A stretch of DNA of 63,237 nt, filler included, from Octopus bimaculoides (GCF_001194135.2; 8 parts of 7 records of this genome joined end to end with filler, not necessarily neighbours in it), one strand, 5' to 3'; positions 49,018-61,350 are shown, counted from the whole stretch's first letter. Numbers and translations are program-made. Notes: generated by a model from the sequence alone, not told the origin.

Positions 49018-52000
49018 GAACATATATACATATGCATATATGGGTACAGGACGTCGCCAACAGTAAACCACACGAAAGACGAAATCAAATGACTTAAATG
49101 CGCAAATAACGGGAGAAAAAAAAGAACAAGTAATACAAAGAATTACCCTTAATCAGTTGTCGGCTGTCTATCTACTCCCCATTTTGACACACACACACAC
49201 ACTCACATGTATGTATTTATGTACGTATGTGTATATGTATGTATATATGGATGTGTCTGCGAAGTTGCTACTTCTCGCCGACATAACAAAACGGGACGTC
49301 GAAGAACAGATTGATACAATATGTAGCAGGTTGGAAAAGAGTAAGCGCTGTGGGCAGTTTGCTCGACTAAAACCACTCCTTCCAAACTGTGTTCCAGTCT
49401 GACTACTGGCCAATGGCTGAAACAAGTAAAAGACAAAAGACGAATGAAGAAAGAATACGAATATGTGAGATATTTTTTTGTTTTGTTTTTAACTTTACTT
49501 GTATCGTGATGGAACGAAAATGAAGCCAGTTGTTGCTGCCGATGATTATCTCCAAGTTACCCTGTTATCAAATACAGTCAGTTTCTGACATTGTGCAATG
49601 CAAACGGTTAAACATATGGACTCTCAAATCAATTTTTATTTAGATGCTACAAGTTGTTTGATCAACTAAATTACAGATACCGTCCATCCAACGGTTTTCT
49701 ACAGTTTGTCCTCTACTAAAGTTTATTCACAGAGGCTTAATTTGATTCGAGAATATGAAGGATGCAAACATACAACGATGCTTGTTACAGTATGTTGCTG
49801 AACTGACAAGACCTAAATCGGCCCGAAACTATGATAAAGACACTTTGTCCAATATGTCAAGCAGTACTATCGAATCTGGATCGCAGGGTTATGAAATGAG
49901 TATATATATATATATATATATATATATATNNNNNNNNNNNNNNNNNNNNNNNNNNNNNNNNNNNNNNNNNNNNNNNNNNNNNNNNNNNNNNNNNNNNNNN
50001 NNNNNNNNNNNNNNNNNNNNNNNNNNNNNNNNNNNNNNNNNNNNNNNNNNNNNNNNNNNNNNNNNNNNNNNNNNNNNNNNNNNNNNNNNNNNNNNNNNNN
50101 NNNNNNNNNNNNNNNNNNNNNNNNNNNNNNNNNNNNNATATATATATATATATATATATAGTCAATTTATATAAACGATCAATAAAATTAAGAATTACAG
50201 ACAACAAGAGGACGTGCACAAGGAATATATTAATTTACGCTCAGTAAAAGGAGAGAGGATTTCACGTTTCGAGGATAGCTCTTCGTCGGAAAGGAGAAAG
50301 GGGAAAGTCCAAAGAAGGAAAAGAAATCGGCAACAGCACGTATCTTGTTACGTTATACATGAAGTTAGATTTAACCTCAGAACATAAAAACGGACGAAAT
50401 GCCGCTAAGAATTTTATCCGGCGTACTAGCGATTCTCTCGGCTCACCGCCTTGTGAAATCTATTTGCAATAACGTCGTATCTAGTCCTGCATCTATGGGT
50501 TACCAAACTGCTTATACTAAATCTTATGGAAAATCACAGAGAATGTGTTATTGTAAACACTTGAAATGTGTAGAATGCATCAAACAGGCAAAGAAACAGA
50601 CTTTGATTACAAAGGAAAAACAACACTTTAGCACTGTCCGTGATTTTTTGATTGTGTCTTTTACGTGAATACGCGATAAGCAACAGACAACCAGTGTTTC
50701 TTAGAAAAAGACATTCAGTAATAAATCTTTTTGATAAAGCAAAGGGTGATAGTGTTAAAAGTTATGTATCTATATGCATCTTCCCTCTGGTTAAAAACAG
50801 CTTTGGCAATAGCGACGAGCAGGATATCACATAAATAAAGGAATACATGAATGAATGAATGAGTTAATTAATTAATAGATAAATAAAAGTATTGTGTCTC
50901 TACAGAACTTGGCATCTCCGAATTCAAAAATGTTTAAAGTGACGAAAACATCGATGATGTGAATGTGACCTAAGAATCTTAATTGGTTTCGTTGCTTCCG
51001 TAACACAATATCCTTGAAACTGGATTGCGTCAGTCAATTTTGACACAATATTAACCAAGAAAATTTCAAGAGTGAATTATTTAAAATTTATCCCTGTTTT
51101 ATCTATGTCGATGATAAACGTCGTTTTCATGTTATCATTGTAAAATGTTTATCCGAATTAGTACTTCTATTTTGAAAACTGGAAAAAATAAATAAATAAA
51201 AGAAAAAAACTACATATCGGCTCAGAACGCTTGTGAAAATGTTTGTCATCAGCAGGCCATGTTGAAAAGCATAGATTATCGAGTAAACACAATGCAAAAT
51301 GCGATAAATCAACTAAATAATGTATACAAGTAGTAAATGAAGCGGACTACGGAATACATGTAAAATAATTATCGAAACTCTATATTTTTGTTGCGCAACA
51401 AATGTAGTTCAGAGTGTTCATGCCTTTGATAACTTAAGCGAATTTTCCGATGTAAGCCTTGGTATCATTTTAGGACTTCCATATTTTCTGTCGAGCGATA
51501 TTCTTTCAAGGAGAAGAGCTCAAAGGTCAGTGAGTTACAGATATGCAATGGACCCCGCGCTACTTTTCGTATTATGGCTGAGGTTGTTTGGGATCTTAGA
51601 GTAAACGATGGGATAAGGTTTGAACAGCTCGCAGTACGCCTCAGGTTTCTTCGGATTTTATGCATTGTCTTATTTTAAGGGAAAAGTCTTCTCCGAGTTA
51701 GACAAAAACGTAACTTCGATAAGAGGGAGTTGAATTTTGAAAAAAATGTTCAGAAACTATTCTTAATGGCCCAGCAAATATGTACAGTGTTTTCAATATT
51801 TTGGCAACAATAAAACAGGAGTGATTTTTGTTTGCAGTCTACGCCTGTCATAGATGCCCCCAAATCTTCATATTTAAGATAAAATGGTAGATAGTAAAAG
51901 ACAAAATGGAAAATGTCAACTTCTCATGCATAATATAAAGAAAATATGCATTATCCTTCATTGTATCCAAGTTTTCAAAGGTCTAATAATATAACTAGTA
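48300..52000. promoter_or_regulatory. CpG-retaining, largely unique region upstream of SLC33A1; candidate promoter/5' exon zone
   Basis: By eye, CG dinucleotides are much denser here than in 1-47000 or 53600-55500. It lies upstream of an exon that starts at a splice acceptor. No TSS was identified, and a spacer at 52020-52119 separates it from the gene. Confidence 0.3.
50165..50360 (-). repeat. Hammerhead-motif repeat, copy 4
   Basis: Reverse complement of 50260-50292 reads ttt-ccgacga-a-gag-ctatc-ctc-gaaa-c-gtg-aaa, adjacent to (TA)n. Confidence 0.65.
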
Positions 52001-52120
52001 TTCATTGCCCCCCCCCCCCNNNNNNNNNNNNNNNNNNNNNNNNNNNNNNNNNNNNNNNNNNNNTTAATTAATTAANNNNNNNNNNNNNNNNNNNNNNNNN
52101 NNNNNNNNNNNNNNNNNNNT

Positions 52121-52668
52121 AGCATCATATAACGTGGAAGACAACTGGAGGTTTCTACGGGACAACTTTCTGAGAGCCACCGATCAGATCTGTGGCTGGT
52201 GTAAAGTCCCCTCCCAACCCAAAGTAACGTGGTGGTGGAACAATGTGGTTGACAGGGCTATTAGACAAAAGAAACATGCTTGGAAGAACGGAGGTAGCAG
52301 GGAATTGTATCAGACTGCCATGCCACATGGCAGTGAAACATGGGCTGCGACTGCTGAGGACATGCGGAAGCGCGCAAGGAATGAAGCCAGTATGCTCTGA
52401 TGGATGAGTAATGTCAGTGTGCATACCTGACAGAGTGTAAGTATCTTGAGAGAAAAGTTGAACATAAGAAGTATCAGCTGTAGTGTGCAAGAGAGACGAT
52501 TGCGCTGGTATGGACATGTGGCGAGAATGGACGAGGATAGCTGCGTGAAAAAGTGTCACACCCTAACAGTTGAGAGAACCCGTGGAAGAGGTAGGCCCAG
52601 GAAGACCTGGGCTGAGGTGGTGAGGCAAGACCTTCGAACATTGGGCCTCACCGAGGCAATGACTTCTG
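52121..52668 (+). mobile_element. RTE-clade LINE fragment with internal deletion of the RT domain
   Basis: The EN-RT linker (W..LRD..L.ATDQICG..K....KVTWWWN) is fused at ~52317 to post-RT HGSETW..RNEASML*WMS.V..RLRWYGHVARMDE..GRGRPRKTW. The sequence runs into a gap. Confidence 0.85.
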
Positions 52669-53287
52669 NNNNNNNNNNNNNNNNNNNNNNNNNNNNNNNN
52701 NNNNNNNNNNNNNNNNNNNNNNNNNNNNNNNNNNNNNNNNNNNNNNNNNNNNNNNNNNNNNNNNNNNNNNNNNNNNNNNNNNNNNNNNNNNNNNNNNNNN
52801 NNNNNNNNNNNNNNNNNNNNNNNNNNNNNNNNNNNNNNNNNNNNNNNNNNNNNNNNNNNNNNNNNNNNNNNNNNNNNNNNNNNNNNNNNNNNNNNNNNNN
52901 NNNNNNNNNNNNNNNNNNNNNNNNNNNNNNNNNNNNNNNNNNNNNNNNNNNNNNNNNNNNNNNNNNNNNNNNNNNNNNNNNNNNNNNNNNNNNNNNNNNN
53001 NNNNNNNNNNNNNNNNNNNNNNNNNNNNNNNNNNNNNNNNNNNNNNNNNNNNNNNNNNNNNNNNNNNNNNNNNNNNNNNNNNNNNNNNNNNNNNNNNNNN
53101 NNNNNNNNNNNNNNNNNNNNNNNNNNNNNNNNNNNNNNNNNNNNNNNNNNNNNNNNNNNNNNNNNNNNNNNNNNNNNNNNNNNNNNNNNNNNNNNNNNNN
53201 NNNNNNNNNNNNNNNNNNNNNNNNNNNNNNNNNNNNNNNNNNNNNNNNNNNNNNNNNNNNNNNNNNNNNNNNNNNNNNNNNNNNNNC

Positions 53288-53395
53288 TTATTCTATCGAT
53301 CTCTATTGCCGAACCGCTAAGTTACGGGGACATAAACATACCAGCATCGGTTATCAAGCAATGTTGGGGGGACAAACACAGACACACAAACACAT

Positions 53396-53426
<31 letters not shown>

Positions 53427-53587
53427 CATATATACGACAGGCTTCTTTCAGTTTCTGTCTACCAAATCCACTCACAAGGCTTTGGTCGGCCCGAGGCTAT
53501 AGTAGAAAACACTTGCCCAAGATGCCACGCAGTGGGACTGAACCCGTGACCATGTGGTTGGTAAGCAAGCTACTTACCACACAGCTA
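53288..53587 (-). mobile_element. SINE S1, young
   Basis: Near-consensus 3' half, (TA)n, core, B-box and A-box. Further halves lie at 56285-56530 and 60600-60820. Confidence 0.9.
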
Positions 53588-54276
53588 TTAATATATTTTA
53601 TACATGGTGCATTAAAAAACTAACTCGAAAGTAACAAAAATGGCATGTAAAACAGTAGGTTATTGTAATGCATGAACTGTTAAAGAGCTAACTAGAAATA
53701 CAGTTATTATAAAACCACTAGTCAATGATCAATATTATTTTCATTTTATCAAGGGTAATGGATTGGCAGAATCATTAGAGTGTCAGATAAAATGCCTTAC
53801 ACTCTTTGTTCTAGCTGTTTATGTTCTGAGTTCAAATCCTGCTAAAATTAAGTACTAATCAAATACTGTGATTAAGGTTATCAACTTGTTGCCTTCTCAA
53901 AATTGCTGGTTTTATGACTAAACTAGAAACTACCTCATAAGCTGCTACCTCATTTGCTGCCTTCCCTTGATAAATAAAATTATTTAATTGTAAATTATAA
54001 ATTTTCCACTTATTTCATTTTCATTTCATGATAATTATCATTAAATGAAAATGAAATATTTGGAAAATTTATAATTCAGATTTAAATAATTTTATTAAAA
54101 ATGAATGTAATAGTATTGATCATCTTCATCTTTTGCATAATTTTAACCACATTTTAAATTATAAAATAATGATCATTAAACACTTAATTCTTGGTTTTCT
54201 ATTCTTGCAGATCTGCCAATATTACAATACAAGAAGTTTATCTGATGTTATTAAAGAATTTTCAGAAAGATCAGCA

Positions 54277-54821
54277 ATGTCAATTCGAGAAAAAATGCAT
54301 CAGAGGCTATTGAACATTTCTACAGAAGAATTTAACCAAAAGAATAATAAATATAAAATGGTTTCCCAAAACATACTTACTCAGAAAAACTCTAAACATT
54401 CCAGTTGGAGAAAAGATATCAATAGTATTTCAATTTTATTTTTTCTTTATGTTCTTCAAGGTGTTCCTTTAGGATTAGCAGGTAGCATACCAATGTTACT
54501 TCAGAGTCGCCAAGCTAGTTACCGAGATCAAGCCTTGTTCAGTTTTGTTTATTGGCCATTCAGTCTAAAACTGTTTTGGGCACCCATTGTTGATTCTATT
54601 TTCATTTCATCACTGGGCAGGCGTAAATCTTGGCTTGTTCCTTGTCAGTATCTCATTAGTATTTTTATGATCTTTCTCTCCTACCATATAACAGACAATC
54701 TTGGTGACAAAAGCACACCTCCAAAGATATATTTTTTGACTTTTAGCTTCTTCATTCTTAACTTTTTGGCTGCAACACAAGATATTGCTGTGGATGGCTG
54801 GGCACTGACTATGCTATCTAA
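54277..54821 (+). CDS. SLC33A1: Acetyl-CoA transporter 1 (AT-1, MFS), first visible coding exon
   Basis: LFFLYVLQGVPLGLAGSIP.LLQ, YRDQALFSFVYWPFSLKLFWAPIVDS, GRRKSWLVP.QY and FLAATQDIAVDGWALTMLS are AT-1 signatures. Acceptor ttcttgcag ends at 54210 and donor GTAAGT starts at 54822 (phase 2). The start is uncertain: ATGs at 54277, 54295 and 54358, or an upstream exon. Confidence 0.95.
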
Positions 54822-55131
54822 GTAAGTTCCATTTCCTTTTATTTTCAAATTGTTTTGTTTTCTTCACATTTTGTTTTTATGCAGATAAATATTTATACAC
54901 ATTCCCAAGACTAATTTTTCTTTTCAGTTTGATGTTTTAATTTCATTAAGTAGAACAGGATTTTACTTTTAAATGATATACAGTTAGACAACTAAAGTAG
55001 CAGTTTCATGCATGTGGTTTATGAACTATAACTCCTGCATCCTTGCCTATGCAATACTAATATTTATATCTTAATGTTTTACAATGCTAATATTAACTGA
55101 TAATTCTTCTCATTAATGTTTCATTGTCTAG

Positions 55132-55286
55132 GGACAATGTTGGCTGGGCAAGTACTTGTAATTCGGTTGGACAAACAGCTGGATATTTTCTTGGAAATGT
55201 ACTATTTCTAGCTTTAGAATCTCCAACATTTTGCAATAAATACCTTCGTTCTGTTCCTTCATCAGAAGGAATTATTACTTTGGCAG
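55132..55286 (+). CDS. SLC33A1: Acetyl-CoA transporter 1, next coding exon (155 nt)
   Basis: Acceptor cattgtctAG (55130-55131). The frame AA|G gives K-DNVGWASTCNSVGQTAGYFLGNVLFLALESPTFCNKYLR..GIITLA. Donor GTGAGT at 55287 (phase 1). Confidence 0.97.
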
Positions 55287-55453
55287 GTGAGTCCATATTT
55301 TTTCTATTTTACAATGTTTTATTATTCATTGCATTATTGGAAGATTATCTTCAGTATAGTAATTCAAGGGGATACTCTGTAATTGCTTCCTCTTGATTTC
55401 TGTCCCATCAGAAGATTGTCATTTATGTATACAGCTGCAACTGCTTCTTGTTG

Positions 55454-55960
55454 TTATAAACTTTTTCTCCATAGTACTTTTTTATAGCTTGATGAATTGA
55501 TCAACTGACACCCTATTAATTCAACATGTAATTTAGTTTTTTTTCCCCCTTCATATTTAGAAAAGCATATTACTAGTATTGAAGAGTTGTGTTTAAATAT
55601 GCGGAATGCCTCTTTTAGGCATGGCTTACAGGCTGAATGTTGACCCTGGTATGGAAGCCCCAAATCTATCATGGACCATGACAAAATGTATTGAATATTT
55701 CTATTTTTGAGATTATGTATGTGACTAGCAAGTGTTGTGGATTTGCAGTGTTTCTCATATCTAAAAGAATTGAGATGTGCAGCATATCGCTGTTTAAAAT
55801 TTACAGTTGACCCTACATATATGGTTGTAGAATTGTGTAACATATTGAGGACGGTGCATTTATAAATTATGTTTGACCTTCTGCAACAGGTTTTAAGAGG
55901 GAAGATGGTCCCAGGGCAGCAGTTACAAGGTAGTGCATTGTGGGGATTATTCTCAGGAAT
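55454..55960 (-). mobile_element. Penelope-like element GIY-YIG endonuclease remnant, antisense in the SLC33A1 intron
   Basis: CNC..P...C..NIIYKCTV..YVGST..FKQRY..H..SF..H..T.L..HI..LK..I..W..I..Y..C..CL.E is the PLE-type GIY-YIG pattern. Confidence 0.85.
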
Positions 55961-56534
55961 CATCATCATCATCATCATCATCGTTTAACGTCCGCTTTCC
56001 ATGNNNNNNNNNNNNNNNNNNNNNNNNNNNNNNNNNNNNNNNNNNNNTTAATTAATTAANNNNNNNNNNNNNNNNNNNNNNNNNNNNNNNNNNNNNNNNN
56101 NNNATATATATATATATATATATGATTGAACCAGCCTCAACTCATAGCTGCTCAAGATACCGTGACCCGTTCACAGCATATTTTCTCAGTGTGACTCTTA
56201 CGTATGTTTATTAAACATACTGTGATGGTGTATATGATTTCATAGACAATGTTTCTTCAAAACAACGCCGCCATGGGGCATTTCTAGTCTTTTATTCTTT
56301 CACTTGTTTCAGTCATTTGACTGCGGCTATGCTGGAGCACCGTCTTTAGTCGAACAAATATCGACCCCTGGACTTGTTCTTTGTAAGACTAGCACTTATT
56401 CCATCGGATCTCTTTTCCCGAACCGCTATATTACAGGGACGTAAACACACCAACATCGGTTGTCAAGTGATGGTGGGTGTACAAACACAGACACACAATC
56501 ATATATATATATATACGACGGGCTTCTTTACACA

Positions 56535-56571
<37 letters not shown>

Positions 56572-59500
56572 TACATATGTACATAAACAGACACAAACAT
56601 ACAGTCGTATCGCCATACGCACGCATAAACCTATATATACACAATCTCACACACATGACAATATGCATACGCAAACCCATCAATGCACATACACATACAT
56701 CGTTACATACACACCTATAAATACACACACATACGCGTACACACACACACACACACACANNNNNNNNNNNNNNNNNNNNNNNNNNNNNNNNNNNNNNNNN
56801 NNNNNNNNNNNNNNNNNNNNNNNNNNNNNNNNNNNNNNNNNNNNNNNNNNNNNNNNNNNNNNNNNNNNNNNNNNNNNNNNNNNNNNNNNNNNNNNNNNNN
56901 NNNNNNNNNNNNNNNNNNNNNNNNNNNNNNNNNNNNNNNNNNNNNNNNNNNNNNNNNNNNNNNNNNNNNNNNNNNNNNNNNNNNNNNNNNNNNNNNNNNN
57001 NNNNNNNNNNNNNNNNNNNNNNNNNNNNNNNNNNNNNNNNNNNNNNNNNNNNNNNNNNNNNNNNNNNNNNNNNNNNNNNNNNNNNNNNNNNNNNNNNNNN
57101 NNNNNNNNNNNNNNNNNNNNNNNNNNNNNNNNNNNNNNNNNNNNNNNNNNNNNNNNNNNNNNNNNNNNNNNNNNNNNNNNNNNNNNNNNNNNNNNNNNNN
57201 NNNNNNNNNNNNNNNNNNNNNNNNNNNNNNNNNNNNNNNNNNNNNNNNNNNNNNNNNNNNNNNNNNNNNNNNNNNNNNNNNNNNNNNNNNNNNNNNNNNN
57301 NNNNNNNNNNNNNNNNNNNNNNNNNNNNNNNNNNNNNNNNNNNNNNNNNNNNNNNNNNNNNNNNNNNNNNNNNNNNNNNNNNNNNNNNNNNNNNNNNNNN
57401 NNNNNNNNNNNNNNNNNNNNNNNNNNNNNNNNNNNNNNNNNNNNNNNNNNNNNNNNNNNNNNNNNNNNNNNNNNNNNNNNNNNNNNNNNNNNNNNNNNNN
57501 NNNNNNNNNNNNNNNNNNNNNNNNNNNNNNNNNNNNNNNNNNNNNNNNNNNNNNNNNNNNNNNNNNNNNNNNNNNNNNNNNNNNNNNNNNNNNNNNNNNN
57601 NNNNNNNNNNNNNNNNNNNNNNNNNNNNNNNNNNNNNNNNNNNNNNNNNNTATATAGTCATCGAAAAGGTTGCAAGTATTCTCGAAAGAGCTTTGACAAA
57701 TAAAATCAAAACAAATGACTTACTGTTTAACCAAATGAAACAAACAATCGATTGGTTAGTTGGATATTTAACCAATTGACTAATGATAAAAGAGTGGAAT
57801 TGAACCAGTGCGTGTGTTAATAATATTAGCATAATGATTCTCTCCAAACACGACAAAATCTTTATTCAACATCAAACATTAAAAAAAAAAAAAACCTGAT
57901 GAAATGATTTAAAACGAAACGTCTTAGGGAAAATTTTCTCATGGTTAAAATGTTTACGACGAAATTTCCTATAACCAGAGAAAAAACACCTCCACCATTT
58001 TACACGGCCACTGGCGAGGTGCTAGTAAAGTCAAGCAGACGATACTGTTTGCGGTTTATTATTTCTTTTGCATCTACTAGTACGGTCGGGACAGGTGTAG
58101 ACCGTGCGTCGGCGGTTGTAATGTTTATCAACCTCTGAAATGTGTTCTTTTTTTTTTAACGCATTCTGTGTAAGTCTGTGAAAAATGGAAGTTTTCAGAC
58201 AAGGATCACTTAACAATACATTCAATATGGCAGCGAAACAGTGGAACTACACAAAGTATTTTTTTCTGTAATTCAAGATGAAACATTTTAGTGTTGTTGT
58301 TGTTATTGCTGTTGTTTCTAAATCCCAAGCACGGAACTTTGGTTCGAGGTTGGAAACCATCAACTTCTTTATAGAATGAATTCAAGGAATTAAAACAAAA
58401 ACGCAACATACGACGTACAAATACCTATACATACATACATACATACACACTCATACATACATACACACACATACAGACGTACATAATACATACATACATA
58501 CNNNNNNNNNNNNNNNNNNNNNNNNNNNNNNNNNNNNNNNNNNNNTTAATTAATTAANNNNNNNNNNNNNNNNNNNNNNNNNNNNNNNNNNNNNNNNNNN
58601 NATATATATATATATACACCGTCTGGTATGGCTTTTCTTGTCGTAGAGAAGTGAAACAAGAACTTATCTGAACGTCAAAAGAGAGCATCTCAAATAGAAT
58701 AACCATAATAGATGCTGCAATATTGGTGCATTCTATCGAAGGAGACGACACTTTCCTTCATCTCACTCTTCTGGTTTTACGCTCTGTCTTTCTTTCGTTT
58801 CCTTTTTCGTTCAGTCTTTTGTCTACGACATTCTATTCCTATCTAGTATAATAGCTATTAATTGAAGTTGTATGCGTTCGTATGAATTCATTGTAAAAAT
58901 ATGTGAATGCCTGTGTATGTACGTCTGTACCCAAGAACGTATGAATGTGTGTGTGTGTATACAGACATGTATGCTTGTATGCATATGTGTATATATGTAC
59001 ATATATAACCTTATATATATACATNNNNNNNNNNATATATATATATGTATGTATGTATGTATATACATATACACACACATAACCTTATAGTGATATATTT
59101 AAGATCATATAGTAGATTGTACTCTCATACGAAACTACAAATATGTTATATATATTTACACAGATTTACTAAATATTATTCCAGTAGCAGCCTCACCTCA
59201 ACAAATATGCACAAATATTGGCTTAGTTAAAAACCACCTAACTGACAAGAATATTGATGAACGTTTTATAAGAAATCAGATTTATCTGCTTGTATGTTCT
59301 TCCATGGGAACTGGTAAATGAGAGTAGCGGCATAGTAAAAGCCTTAATCTCAAATAAATGCAGTTTTCTTTTCTACATACACTGAAGTCATTGTTTATAA
59401 TTTTATAACAAACATACATAATTTATGCAAACAATCATTCTTTGCTCCTCTTTCTTGCAAAAGGACTTTTTTTCCGAAACGCATCGCCTTTTTTATTGTG

Positions 59501-60029
59501 ATATATTTTGTCTTTTTATCGTAAAATGTTTTCAGTTATTTTCTTTGTTTGTTTTCAATGAATCAACCCTGATGTACACACGTTCGTAATGGACCTCGGC
59601 ACCTAATGCCGTATTTTATATTCTGCAGTGCATTCTGTAGATGCTTGAAGTGCGCTGGTTATTCCTAATGTCTCGAAAGTATATACCTTCACTTACTTGA
59701 ATAGAAGTCACTCCAACAAAATGGCAAGTGACCAGCAAAAACAAGAAGGCCGACAGGGGTGCAAAAATTAGGAAAATTGTCCACAGTGAATATCAAGAAT
59801 TGCAGCTGAATCGATCAGGGAAACGAGAAGGGAGAGTATTCCTAAAGACAGATGTCCGGGAAAAGAATCTACTAGTAGAGGGGAAAACCAGAGTCAAATG
59901 GCGAGAATTAGTAAAAGATAGCTGAACCAATAATTTATTAACCTTACACATTTCTTCATCTGATAACGATAGATAGATAGATAGATAGACATTGATACAC
60001 ACACACACACGCACATACAGATATACACA

Positions 60030-60073
<44 letters not shown>

Positions 60074-61261
60074 AGACAAGCAGAGAGACAGAAAAACAGA
60101 GAAATGCACACAAACATATATGTACACATAACACAGATACTAAAACCGTATAGAATGCTGAAGTTATTACTGTTAATATAAACCGATTAATATGTGCGTG
60201 ACACAACACAGCAACATTAGTTAACAAGTGTTGTTGGTAGTTTATATAATTTAAGTAGAATTGTTTTGAAGCTAGTAAATTCGGTTTGCCTAATGAGATT
60301 TGTGTACTGAATTGATGATCTATAATGTTTAGACTGCTTATTGTGTGATATTCAGAGAGAGGACTTTGAAAACATTAATTAAATCTTCGATAATAATAAG
60401 AGTGCAAAACATAATTCATTACTCTGATTTATATACTAGCAATTAGTTAACTCTGTATATATATTTCTTTTATTGTATATTAAACGTTTTGGTTTCTATA
60501 TTATTTCGTAATTTTATTATAAGAGTATTTCGAATTATTAAATTCGTCATTTGAGATGAAACTTTTCCACTGAGGTTTATTTTTTATTACTTATCATTAA
60601 CTTGTTTTAGTCATTACACTGCGGCCATGCTGGAGTACTACCATAAAGAAATTTTAGTCGAATGCATCGTCCTCGGTACTTGTTTTATCATGGGGCCTGG
60701 TACTAGTGCAGTGTTTTTTTGTTTTTTTTTGCCGAACAGCTAAGTCAGACAAGGACAAAAAAAACCACACCACCACCACTTGAAAAGCAATGGCACACAC
60801 ACCAACAGAAATGCACATACACACAAACACACACATATTTATATGTGTATATATGTATGTATATATATATATCTATGTATATATATATATATACATATCT
60901 AAATAGATAAATGTGCGTGTATGTGTGCTTGTATATTCATATATATATATACGTATATATGTATATACACAGAGAGAGACAGACAGAGAAACAGGCGGAC
61001 AGACAGGCAGACAGGCAGGTGGCTAGATAGATAGATAGATAGGTTTCTTTATTAGCCACACAGGGCTCAACACAGAGGGGACAAAATACAAATGTAGAGT
61101 TTTTCTTTTCGAGGGGGTCGAAAACAAAGCAGAAAAAAAAACAAAAGTGGGGACAACGATGNNNNNNNNNNNNNNNNNNNNNNNNNNNNNNNNNNNNNNN
61201 NNNNNTTAATTAATTAANNNNNNNNNNNNNNNNNNNNNNNNNNNNNNNNNNNNNNNNNNNN

Positions 61262-61350
61262 CAAACCACAGCACATACCCAAGGCGCACAGAGCTGCGCT
61301 CGGTAGTGACGCTATAAAAATAAAACTACTGAATAATAATAATAATAATT
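61262..61350 (+). mobile_element. R4-like subfamily a 3'UTR plus (AAT)n
   Basis: caaaccacagcacatacccaaggcgcacagagctgcgctcggtagtg is identical to 37570-37617. Confidence 0.9.

Noticed and set aside
51465-51665. Arg-rich 66-aa minus-strand ORF as a divergent gene or mitochondrial presequence
   Set aside because: No homology that I recognise and no splice donor before its stop.
54133-54210. Hydrophobic N-terminal extension (MHNFNH...FLFLQ) of the SLC33A1 ORF
   Set aside because: It is an AT-rich polypyrimidine tract ending in a strong acceptor, so it is intronic.
55287-55396. C-terminal part of ORF 55124-55396 as transporter sequence
   Set aside because: It lies beyond the GTGAGT donor and AT-1 similarity ends at GIITLA. 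The MSR start is likewise upstream of the acceptor.
56477-57856. Long ORFs spanning N runs (also 7450, 21374, 22357, 33481, 52446)
   Set aside because: Their length comes from X codons in assembly gaps.
59728-59925. Basic 65-aa ORF
   Set aside because: It lacks a confident ATG start and resembles an RTE C-terminus only faintly. Unsupported.
13915-61217. TTAATTAATTAA recurring seven times, which looks like a conserved motif
   Set aside because: It always sits centred in a block of Ns (44+12+44 = 100 bp where counted) and has stops in six frames. It is an artificial contig spacer, and adjacency across it is unverified.
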